NCBI GenBank assembly: GCA_963663385.2
Contig: CAXXXD010000002.1
Coordinates: forward strand, 512,001 to 576,000
DNA: 64,000 bases
Reading direction: 5' to 3'
DNA from: Oceanispirochaeta sp.
GTDB taxonomy: Bacteria > Spirochaetota > Spirochaetia > DSM-2461
The position numbers and the translations under genes are program-made. Every line of letters starts with the position of its first letter. Within the stretch, counting starts at the first letter, position 1. This document shows, in pieces, positions 55,989 through 64,000 of this stretch. A model generated the notes under the pieces. That model ran no database searches and was not told the DNA's origin. It saw nothing but the letters and a program-made list of their open reading frames with translations.

Positions 55989-56100
55989 AATAAAGAGGAT
56001 TTTTCTGCTATATTTGTACACGTGTACTTGATGTGACTTGCGAAATCCTGTATGATTAAATCCAGCATATAAGATAGAGTAATAAATCAAGGAGAATCCC

Positions 56101-57114
56101 GTGGGTAAAATACTGATCACCGGTGGAGCCGGTTATATCGCATCGCATACCAATCTGGAGCTTATTAAAGGCGGCTATGATATTGTTCTGGCTGATAATC
56201 TGTGCAACTCTTCCCTGGAAGCTGTACGAAGGGTGGAAGAGCTTTCCGGTAGGAAGCTTCCTTTTTATGAGGTGGATCTGAAGGATATCGATGCCCTTCG
56301 CAAGGTATTCGAAGCAGAACCGGATATTAGTGGTGTTATCCATTTTGCCGCTCTTAAGGCGGTAGGCGAATCCGTTGAAAAACCTCTTCTGTATTATGAA
56401 AACAATATTACAGGGTCTTTGAACCTGTATAAGGTAATGGATGAGAAAGGTGTGAAACAGCTGGTTTTCTCATCATCCGCTACAGTTTACGGTGATCCTG
56501 CCTCCGTCCCCGTTCAGGAGGACTTTCCGACCCATGCTACCAACCCCTACGGGCAGACCAAACTGATGATGGAACAGATTCTGATTGATGCGGCCAAAGC
56601 CAAGGACTGGGATATCACCATCCTGCGTTATTTCAACCCCGTTGGCGCTCATGAATCCGGAAGAATCGGGGAAGACCCCGAGTATCCCAACAACCTCCTC
56701 CCCTTTGTTTCCCAGGTAGCGGCAGGCATCCGCGAAAAGGTTATGATTTTCGGAAACGACTGGCCCACACCCGACGGTACGGGGGTCCGGGACTATATTC
56801 ACGTTGTCGATCTTGCCAGAGCCCATGTCAAAGCCCTGGACAATCTGAAAGTGAAAAAGGGCGTTTCCATCTACAATATCGGAACCGGCAAGGGATACTC
56901 CGTTCTGGAAATGATCAAGGCTTTTGAAGAGGTTTGCGGTCATGAAATACCCTGGGCTTTCGGTCCCAGACGGGCCGGGGATATTGCTACCGTTTACGGC
57001 GATCCTTCTCTGGCGGCCAAAGAGCTGGGATGGAAGGCCGAGTCGGGTCTGAAGGAGATGGTGGAATCCGCCTGGAAGTGGCAGAGTGAGAATCCTAAAG
57101 GGTATAAAGCCTAA
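56101..57114 (+). CDS. galE: UDP-glucose 4-epimerase
   Basis: TGGAGYIASH, HFAALKAVGES, FSSSATVYG, YGQTK, LRYFNPVGAH, DGTGVRDYIHV. Confidence 0.97.
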   Translation: MGKILITGGAGYIASHTNLELIKGGYDIVLADNLCNSSLEAVRRVEELSGRKLPFYEVDLKDIDALRKVFEAEPDISGVIHFAALKAVGESVEKPLLYYENNITGSLNLYKVMDEKGVKQLVFSSSATVYGDPASVPVQEDFPTHATNPYGQTKLMMEQILIDAAKAKDWDITILRYFNPVGAHESGRIGEDPEYPNNLLPFVSQVAAGIREKVMIFGNDWPTPDGTGVRDYIHVVDLARAHVKALDNLKVKKGVSIYNIGTGKGYSVLEMIKAFEEVCGHEIPWAFGPRRAGDIATVYGDPSLAAKELGWKAESGLKEMVESAWKWQSENPKGYKA

Positions 57115-57139
57115 CGGGTCATTTTACTCAGGGTAAATA

Positions 57140-57168
57140 AAAGGCTGCCATACTTACAGGCAGCCTTT
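57140..57168. terminator. Bidirectional intrinsic terminator
   Basis: aaaggctgcc...ggcagccttt between convergent genes. Confidence 0.8.
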
Positions 57169-57186
57169 ACCATTTATAATAGATCT

Positions 57187-59475
57187 TTAACTTTTCAGAA
57201 CCCTGATTCCCATCAGAGGAGACGGGTCGCCCCAGCTGGATAGCAGTTCCAGTGTCAATGAAGAGAACATTGTCCCCTCTTCAAGCTGAATGACTTTCCT
57301 TGTCTGATAATTATTTTCCTCTTCAGCCAGAATCCGCCCGCTCTGGTCACTGAGACGGAAGTGTCTGACACAGGACGGCACTTCATTTATCTGATGTCCC
57401 ATCTGTACTGTTTCCATGGCATGATCCTGATCTGTATCAAAAATCAGAATGATTTTACCGGCTGTCCGGGGCTTTTCCCAGGCGATCTTTATGCCTGGCC
57501 GCTGATCATTTGAATCCGGCAGCCAGGCATTGGCTGCTCTGTATGGTCTATCCCGGCCGTTTCTGACTGATTCCGCTGCATAGGGGGATAGAGGCGGATT
57601 GAACCGTATGGCCGGCAAAGCCCCTTCCGGCCTTCTTTTGGGAAGCCAGAATTCGAAAGAGTCCAGTCCCGAACCTGCCGGGGCTGTCTGAATGGTGTCC
57701 TTTGCTACACGGGGGTTCATTTCATGGTATAGACTCATGAAGCCCGGAAGCCTTTTTTCCGCCATTTGTATTTCAAACGGTTTTTCCGGAACCAGGCATA
57801 GAAAGGCATAATTCTCTTCCGGCATCTCCGTATCAAAATCCATGTGGTATTCTGCGGTCCCGGCAGCTACAGGCAGGCAGTACTCTTCCATCAGTACTTC
57901 CGGTGTATAGTTCCCCGCTTTTTCAGAAGATCTCAGCTGTACTTTCAGTTTGCTGTCCTGATCCGATCTGCACCTCATAGTCATCCGGGGGCACTTCCCT
58001 TTCTTTACGGGAAGGAGGAGAGAATAGGGCGTTTGAATTTTAAGCCATTTTTCACAACCGGGAATCTCTGCTACCGTTTCTGTTGATGAGGCGCTTATAA
58101 CGGCATCTTTCATCAGGTCTTCCGGGTCTTCCGCTTCATGAAAAGGAATATATTGACCGGTTTGTTTCAAATGATTCTGAAACGCCTTCATTCTGGCCGG
58201 TTCCAGCAGATCCTTCGGTTGAATGTTCTGTTTCAGACAGTGTACGGCACCGATAGCAATGGCCTGGGCGCCATGGGCTCCCGTCATCATGACCCTTGTT
58301 GATCCCATAGCTACGTGGCTGCTGCTGATCAGCCTTCCGGCAATAAAAAGATTGGAGATGCTTCTGCTGTAATAACAGCGCCAGGGTATCTGGTAGATTC
58401 CCTTACTGTGGTACTGATTGCAGGGAGGTCTTTCGGAGTAGACCCCGTCAGCCGGATGCAGATCGATTGCCCATCCACCGAAGGAAACCGCATCTTCGAA
58501 TACGGTCTGATTTACGATATCCGATTGAGAAAGCAGATAATCCCCTTCAAATCGCCTGCTTTCTCTCTTCCCGGGGATCATTCCAACCCATTCCAGTGTA
58601 AGATTATCTGCCTCCGGGAATTTCCCCGAGTTCTTTATATAATCCCATATACCGTATGATATTTTGAGAAGCTCCAGCTTTATCTTCTGAGTGTCATGCA
58701 CCGTATCCAGACGGCCGCCGTATTCCAGCCACCAGAAGGCGCATCCTGTGTCGGAGGCCTTTATCTGATGGAACCGGGGTATCTGCTCGATATCTTTCAA
58801 GGCAAAATCCGGTGCCTTGTAACGGACAGGTTTTCCTGTATCTCTGCTGTAGAAATAGATAGTATGACCCAGCAGTTCCCCATAGGATTCATCCGGTGCA
58901 AGGGGTTCATCCAGCTCTTCTTTCTGTTCCGCTCCAATCCGGTAGGGTGCCCCGGACAGGTAGCCCAGAATCCCGTCTCCCGAAGCATCGCAGAACAGGG
59001 GCGCCGATACCTCGTAGAGAGTTGAATTCTGGCTGCAGAAGGCTGTTGCAGACCGGATTGTTTTATCCGTATTCTGTTCGCACTTAAATACCGATGTATC
59101 CAGAAGCAGCGTGATATTCGGTTCAGACAGCACTTTATCCAGCAGAAGAGCATCAACAAGTACCGGGTTGCCTTCTCTGTTCCGGTGCAGGTTTTCCACG
59201 ACAATTTCGTCTATGACTCCCCCCTCCCGGGACCAGCGGTTGTTATTTCCCATATGGGATGTTGCCCCCAGAGCCCAGAGGCGTACTTCGCTGGATGCGT
59301 TACCGCCCAGAACCGGTCTGTCCTGAATCAATGTCACTTTCAGATCTTCCCGGGCCGCTGTGATGGCACAGCAGACTCCGGCCAGACCTCCTCCCGTAAT
59401 AACAAGGTCCGAACATATCTTTTCTGTTTTCAGTTCTCTTGAACTATTCCCCTCGTATTGCCTCATACTACACAT
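57187..59475 (-). CDS. FAD-dependent oxidoreductase (FAD_oxidored family) with C-terminal beta-sandwich extension
   Basis: GGGLAG, DRPVLGGNASSE, DASGDG, GKRESRR, STRVM. Start is 59475 or 59466. Confidence 0.88.
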   Translation of the reverse strand: MCSMRQYEGNSSRELKTEKICSDLVITGGGLAGVCCAITAAREDLKVTLIQDRPVLGGNASSEVRLWALGATSHMGNNNRWSREGGVIDEIVVENLHRNREGNPVLVDALLLDKVLSEPNITLLLDTSVFKCEQNTDKTIRSATAFCSQNSTLYEVSAPLFCDASGDGILGYLSGAPYRIGAEQKEELDEPLAPDESYGELLGHTIYFYSRDTGKPVRYKAPDFALKDIEQIPRFHQIKASDTGCAFWWLEYGGRLDTVHDTQKIKLELLKISYGIWDYIKNSGKFPEADNLTLEWVGMIPGKRESRRFEGDYLLSQSDIVNQTVFEDAVSFGGWAIDLHPADGVYSERPPCNQYHSKGIYQIPWRCYYSRSISNLFIAGRLISSSHVAMGSTRVMMTGAHGAQAIAIGAVHCLKQNIQPKDLLEPARMKAFQNHLKQTGQYIPFHEAEDPEDLMKDAVISASSTETVAEIPGCEKWLKIQTPYSLLLPVKKGKCPRMTMRCRSDQDSKLKVQLRSSEKAGNYTPEVLMEEYCLPVAAGTAEYHMDFDTEMPEENYAFLCLVPEKPFEIQMAEKRLPGFMSLYHEMNPRVAKDTIQTAPAGSGLDSFEFWLPKRRPEGALPAIRFNPPLSPYAAESVRNGRDRPYRAANAWLPDSNDQRPGIKIAWEKPRTAGKIILIFDTDQDHAMETVQMGHQINEVPSCVRHFRLSDQSGRILAEEENNYQTRKVIQLEEGTMFSSLTLELLSSWGDPSPLMGIRVLKS

Positions 59476-60781
59476 CCACGCCCTGTTTTTTCAGTATCTT
59501 CTGTACATCTTCAGCCTGCAGTTCCCTGGGCTGGATATTCTTTTCCAGACAGACGGCAGCCGCCGCTGCCACACCCTGGCCCATATTCACGCAGATTGGC
59601 ATTACCCTGTAACTGGAATGGGCCTTGTGTGTTCCCGATATGTTCCGGCCGGCCAGAAAAAGCCCGTCTATTTTTTCCGGAATGAAACAGCCCAGGGGGA
59701 TGGTGTACTTATCCTTCTGGGTAAAGGCATTCTGTGCCCCGGCAGGATCGAGTCCGGGCCCGCTGATTCCATGAATGTCAAAGCCGAAATACGCTTTAGT
59801 AACAATCCAGTCATCAAAAACGCGGGCATTCTCAATATCCTGCTCTGTCAGTTTTTTAAGACCCCTGAAGTGGCGGGTTTCCCGTACGCCCAGTACTGAT
59901 GAAGTAGCTATGACATAGCAGTTTTCATAACCGGGAACATACTCTCTCAGAAATTTGACAATCCGGGGAATCTGGGTACGGCACTCAATTTCCGCATGGG
60001 TCAGGTCTTTCTCAATCAGACCATTCACCCCCAGGCTGTTTGTCATATTGACAGTAACCACTCCGGGAACAGATCCCGGATAGAGGAGGACATGACCGAT
60101 GGGCGGGGGTAAATGCTGCCGGCCCAGCTCCTGAAGGTTCCCGGCAGGTACAGGGAAGTCATCTTCAAATTCTCCCGGGTAGACCGCTTTAGCGTCGTCA
60201 ACACCTGCTACTTTGAACATTACGGTTACAGGCTGCATTCTGCCGTCCTCCTCCCGGCCGATGGAAAACTCCGCTCCCGCATTTGCGGCAATATCCCCGT
60301 CTCCTGTGGCGTCAATCACGATCTCTGCCATAGCAGCGGATCGTCCGGTTTTCTTTTGAAGAACAGCCCCTGTTATCCTGTTTCCGTCCATAATGGCGTC
60401 GGTTGCAAAGGAGTAGAGCCTTAAAGTGACTCCAGCTTCTTCCAGCATCTGCAGCATTACCAGTTTGGTATTTTCCGGATCAATAATCTGCTCGGCCTTC
60501 AGGACCTTGTCGCCAAAGTAATTCACATCACTTTCTGCTGTTTTTGCCCGGTTTAACAGCTCTTCATATAATGGTCCTTCGGTGGCTCCTGTCCAGTGAC
60601 TCATCAGTCCGGATGTCGCCACACCGCCGATTGTGCCGGTTCTTTCTATCAGAAGGGTCTTCAGCCCCAATCGTCCCGCACTCACTGCTGCGGCAAATCC
60701 GGCCGGTCCTCCTCCGAGAACCAGTACATCCGTATTGTATTCAACCGGAATATCTCTGGCCGGTTCTGTTATATATTTCAT
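59468..60781 (-). CDS. FAD-dependent oxidoreductase (FAD_oxidored family)
   Basis: GGGPAG, DATGDGD, GVRETR, AGRNIS, SYRVMP. Confidence 0.9.
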   Translation of the reverse strand: MKYITEPARDIPVEYNTDVLVLGGGPAGFAAAVSAGRLGLKTLLIERTGTIGGVATSGLMSHWTGATEGPLYEELLNRAKTAESDVNYFGDKVLKAEQIIDPENTKLVMLQMLEEAGVTLRLYSFATDAIMDGNRITGAVLQKKTGRSAAMAEIVIDATGDGDIAANAGAEFSIGREEDGRMQPVTVMFKVAGVDDAKAVYPGEFEDDFPVPAGNLQELGRQHLPPPIGHVLLYPGSVPGVVTVNMTNSLGVNGLIEKDLTHAEIECRTQIPRIVKFLREYVPGYENCYVIATSSVLGVRETRHFRGLKKLTEQDIENARVFDDWIVTKAYFGFDIHGISGPGLDPAGAQNAFTQKDKYTIPLGCFIPEKIDGLFLAGRNISGTHKAHSSYRVMPICVNMGQGVAAAAAVCLEKNIQPRELQAEDVQKILKKQGVDV

Positions 60782-60791
60782 ATGGTAATTC

Positions 60792-61622
60792 CTAATTTTT
60801 AATTCCAGAGGATGAAATCCCCTCCACAAACCATTTCTGTGCAATCACAAAAATCAGCAGTATGGGGAGAACTGTGAGAATGACAAAGGACATGACAAGG
60901 TGTGTGTTGATTTCTTCCGCCGCCATGCCAATGACCGTATAGAGCCCCATGGTTATGGTGTAGAGTTTTTCATTCTGCAGATAGATCAGAGGTTCAATAA
61001 ACTCATTCCAGCGCCACTGGGTTGTGAAAATGACAATTGTTGCCAGCGCCGGTCCGGAGAGGGGCATGATTATCTGTCTGTAAATTCGGAACTCGCTGCA
61101 CCCGTCAATCCTGGCTGCCTCACTCAGGCTCATGGGGATGCCTCTCAGAAACTGCCGCATCAGGAAGATACAGAAGGGGGAGCCGAACGCTGAAGGCAGG
61201 ATCAGCGGCATCAGAGAGCCTATCATACCCAGGTTTTTAAAAATCAGAAAACGGGGGATAATAATCAGAAACAGAGGCATGAACATGCAGGCCAGGGTCA
61301 GGTTGAAAATCAGTTCCCTTCCCTTGAACTCCATCCGGGACAGGGCGTATCCGGTGAGGGTGCTGACAAAGACATTTCCCAGTATGGAGAAAAAAACAAC
61401 TTTCAGGGTGTTTGCAAGGTAGGTCCCGATTGAATACCGGGTCAGGACTGTTCCGAAATTCTCAAAGTGGAGAGGAAAGGGAAACAGAGTCCTGGGCATG
61501 GTAATAATCTGGTTCTGATCTTTCAGGGCTGTGGATATCAGGTAGATAAAGGGCGAGAAGAATACAAGACTGACCAGTATCATAACGGTATATTTTATTG
61601 TCTTATCCAGGTTTACTTTCAT
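60792..61622 (-). CDS. Carbohydrate ABC transporter permease (MalG-like)
   Basis: GYALSR, LMRQF, LSEAARIDGC, WNEF, QKWFVEG. Confidence 0.93.
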   Translation of the reverse strand: MKVNLDKTIKYTVMILVSLVFFSPFIYLISTALKDQNQIITMPRTLFPFPLHFENFGTVLTRYSIGTYLANTLKVVFFSILGNVFVSTLTGYALSRMEFKGRELIFNLTLACMFMPLFLIIIPRFLIFKNLGMIGSLMPLILPSAFGSPFCIFLMRQFLRGIPMSLSEAARIDGCSEFRIYRQIIMPLSGPALATIVIFTTQWRWNEFIEPLIYLQNEKLYTITMGLYTVIGMAAEEINTHLVMSFVILTVLPILLIFVIAQKWFVEGISSSGIKN

Positions 61623-61626
61623 TTTT

Positions 61627-62532
61627 CTATACCTCGTAATGCACATGTCTGCTGCTTAAACGCATTAGACTGAATGTTATGATCACACTGAGCAGAATCA
61701 GTATGGTCGCCAGGGCGGATGCTTCGCCCAGACTGAATCTCTGGAACGCTTTTTCGTAGATATGCAGGGCATAGAAACGGGAGGATGTACCGGGGCCGCC
61801 CTGAACATTTCCCTCCGGGAGGATCAGGCCGGGTACGAATATCATCAGTCCGAAGATCATATCAATTACCATTCTGAAAAGGATGGTGGGGGATATCATG
61901 GGCAGGGTTATCCTGAAGAACTGTCCCGTTCGTTTGAGTCCGTCAATTTCCGCGGCTTCATACAGATGACCCGGGACTCCCTGAAGGGCTCCCAGGTAAA
62001 CAACCATGGCGGTCCCGCACTGCCAGATCATAAGCATGACAGAGGCCGGTTTAATAAGGTAGGGACTGGCAATCCATAAAGGGCCTTTAAGACCGAACAG
62101 TTCTATGAAAGTGTTGATCAGTCCGTTGGGATAGAACATAAACTTTCCCAGGACCAGAACGGCTACAACCGGAAGTACCGCCGGCACATATATGATGGAA
62201 CGCCAAAGGCCCTTGTGTTCAATATCCATGTTTAACAGATAGGCGGTAAACAGCCCCAGAACCAGATTGGCCGGGACATACATCAGGATGAACAGGAAGG
62301 TGTTTTTCAGACCTGTCCAGAAGAGTTGATCCTGAAATATCTTTATATAGTTTGCTATCCCGATAAAATGTCCCCCTCCTATCAGGCGGTATTTCATAAA
62401 GCTGAGGACGATGGTGTATAAAATAGGGCCGTACCAGAACACTGTCAGGGAAATAAGCCATGGCAGAAGAAACAGTATGGTACTGCGGATTTTCCCTTTG
62501 TTCAGATTCGATACGGGTTTCGAAGATTTCAT
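61627..62532 (-). CDS. Carbohydrate ABC transporter permease (MalF-like)
   Basis: FIGIANY, LYEAAEIDG, ITLPMISP, GEASALA. Confidence 0.93.
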   Translation of the reverse strand: MKSSKPVSNLNKGKIRSTILFLLPWLISLTVFWYGPILYTIVLSFMKYRLIGGGHFIGIANYIKIFQDQLFWTGLKNTFLFILMYVPANLVLGLFTAYLLNMDIEHKGLWRSIIYVPAVLPVVAVLVLGKFMFYPNGLINTFIELFGLKGPLWIASPYLIKPASVMLMIWQCGTAMVVYLGALQGVPGHLYEAAEIDGLKRTGQFFRITLPMISPTILFRMVIDMIFGLMIFVPGLILPEGNVQGGPGTSSRFYALHIYEKAFQRFSLGEASALATILILLSVIITFSLMRLSSRHVHYEV

Positions 62533-62625
62533 TTAAAATCCTTATAATTCATTTTGTTCAGAAGAAAATATCAGGAGGTATATCCGCTATCTGTCCGGAT
62601 GCCGGGCAGACAGCAGATTGTTCAA

Positions 62626-63978
62626 TCAGTTGTTGATGTCGTTCAGATAGTCCTGATACCAGGTATGTATATCAGCCATAATAGCATCCATGGATTCTCC
62701 GGCAATCCTGCGGGAAGGAATATCTCTCAGCCAGGGCTTCAGTGTATCCTGATGGATATCCAGCGCTTCCGGTACTATATCCGTATTCATGGAGGAAACA
62801 AGATTTGTCCACAGCGCATCTCCCAGATCCATGATGTAGCGTGAGTCCTTATTAACTGATACAATGGGACTGGGGCGGCCCTGGGCAATACAGAATTCTC
62901 CATTACCGGCGGGGTCAATGGTTATATATTTCAGGAATTCCCAGGCTGCCTCTTTATTTTTGCTTGTATTGCTGATGGCGTAGGACCAGCCGTTTTTGGC
63001 CGTTCCGCCGTGCTGTCTTTCAAAACCGGGTACGGGCAGAATCCCGAGATCAAGATCCGGATTGCCGCTTTTTACCTGACCGATTGTCCAGGATCCGGAT
63101 ACATAAAAAACCTGGTTGCCGTTGATAAAAGCCTGAACCTGGGCGGCCCCTGTGTCCGCTCCGGCCACACGGCTGTTCCACTCCATAATTCCCCGGTAGC
63201 CCCCGTAGCTTCCATAGATATCTTCAATATAGCTGTCAAAGGCTTTGGCCGTTTGAACTACACCATCCGAGTCCATCAGGGAAGTTTTGCTGTCTGCAGA
63301 AACCGTAGGATAACCTGCCCCGTAGCTGAATACAATGACAGCAGGCTGCCCGGCCATCTGGTTGGGATCCCAGGCAATTACATCCAGCTGATTGCCGTCA
63401 TTGAGTTTCTCCACCAGAATCCGGCTGATCTCTGTAAACTCCTCCCAGTTTTTCGGGGCATCCTTCTGGGGATCAAGACCTGCCTTCTTCAGGAGGCCCT
63501 TATTGTAGAAAAACAGGCCCTGTGCTCCCGCATTTACATTGGGCAGGCTGTATAGTGAATTGTTCCAGTAGCTGCGTTTCATTTCCGCTTCAACCAGAAG
63601 CTCATTCAGGTCCAGTCCGTCTTTTTCTGCAAGAGGTGTCAGATCCGTAAGGGTTTCCTCGGGCATAAGGCTGGTGTACCAGCCGCTGTGAATCTGCACT
63701 ATATCGGGCAGTGTTCCCGTTCCCGCTGCCTGTATTACTTTTTTCATAAGTTCATTGGGGGGAGTGAAAGTCACTTCAAAATTCACATTCGGATGGACTG
63801 CCTTATAGTCTTCCTGAATTGCATCAATCAGTTCGGTTCTGGAACCGCCCCACAGATGCCACCAGCTGAGAGTTACCGGTCCGGCCGGATCGGCTTCGCT
63901 CTGGCCTGCTGCCATCAGAGGCAGAGCGATCATGGAAACAAGAAATAATGCCAAAAGCGTAATGGATATCTTTTTCAC
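62626..63978 (-). CDS. Sugar ABC transporter substrate-binding protein
   Basis: GGAGG RBS and GTG start, signal peptide ending AAGQSE, LPDIV, FYNKGLL, SKNKEAAWEFLKY. Confidence 0.92.
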   Translation of the reverse strand: MKKISITLLALFLVSMIALPLMAAGQSEADPAGPVTLSWWHLWGGSRTELIDAIQEDYKAVHPNVNFEVTFTPPNELMKKVIQAAGTGTLPDIVQIHSGWYTSLMPEETLTDLTPLAEKDGLDLNELLVEAEMKRSYWNNSLYSLPNVNAGAQGLFFYNKGLLKKAGLDPQKDAPKNWEEFTEISRILVEKLNDGNQLDVIAWDPNQMAGQPAVIVFSYGAGYPTVSADSKTSLMDSDGVVQTAKAFDSYIEDIYGSYGGYRGIMEWNSRVAGADTGAAQVQAFINGNQVFYVSGSWTIGQVKSGNPDLDLGILPVPGFERQHGGTAKNGWSYAISNTSKNKEAAWEFLKYITIDPAGNGEFCIAQGRPSPIVSVNKDSRYIMDLGDALWTNLVSSMNTDIVPEALDIHQDTLKPWLRDIPSRRIAGESMDAIMADIHTWYQDYLNDINN

Positions 63979-64000
63979 AGATATTCCTCCTTTATATTTT

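Noticed and set aside
1..64000. tRNA, rRNA, integrase or prophage genes
   Set aside because: None recognised by eye. tRNAscan and Rfam were not run, so small RNAs could have been missed.

Overview
Bacterial chromosomal window, most likely from a free-living spirochaete. This is inferred from Cys-less solute-binding proteins with 'AGGQSE/AAGQSE' N-termini, spirochaete-style lipoproteins and the overall gene set. It is mostly carbohydrate and nitrogen metabolism: the end of a galactitol/tagatose operon (Zn dehydrogenase, gatZ); a ~9 kb block (NarL-type two-component system, sugar ABC transporter, FGGY kinase, two URO-D/MtaA-family proteins) bracketed by a ~205 bp diverged direct repeat; fucU and ansA; a purine-catabolism operon (deaminase, ygfM, xdhD); an AT-rich surface-protein locus; a decayed ATPase/ParA pair with a DUF4160/DUF2442 toxin-antitoxin-like module; a CoA-disulfide reductase fusion; a TonB/ExbBD uptake system; a 1829-aa single-chain biotin carboxylase; sigma54-type amtB-glnK; signalling proteins; galE; and a second sugar ABC operon with two FAD oxidoreductases. 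The standout is 15629-17755: three near-identical AT-rich DUF559 (Vsr-like) endonuclease genes alternate with four copies of a ~175-192 bp GC-rich unit bounded by inverted hairpin motifs (R-G-R-G-R-G-R). Gene-free copies of the same hairpin motif occur elsewhere in the window, one of them identical over 36 bp. This suggests a nuclease-associated palindromic-repeat mobile system organised like RAYT/REPIN but using a different enzyme family. All functional calls come from motif recognition by eye; no database search was run.
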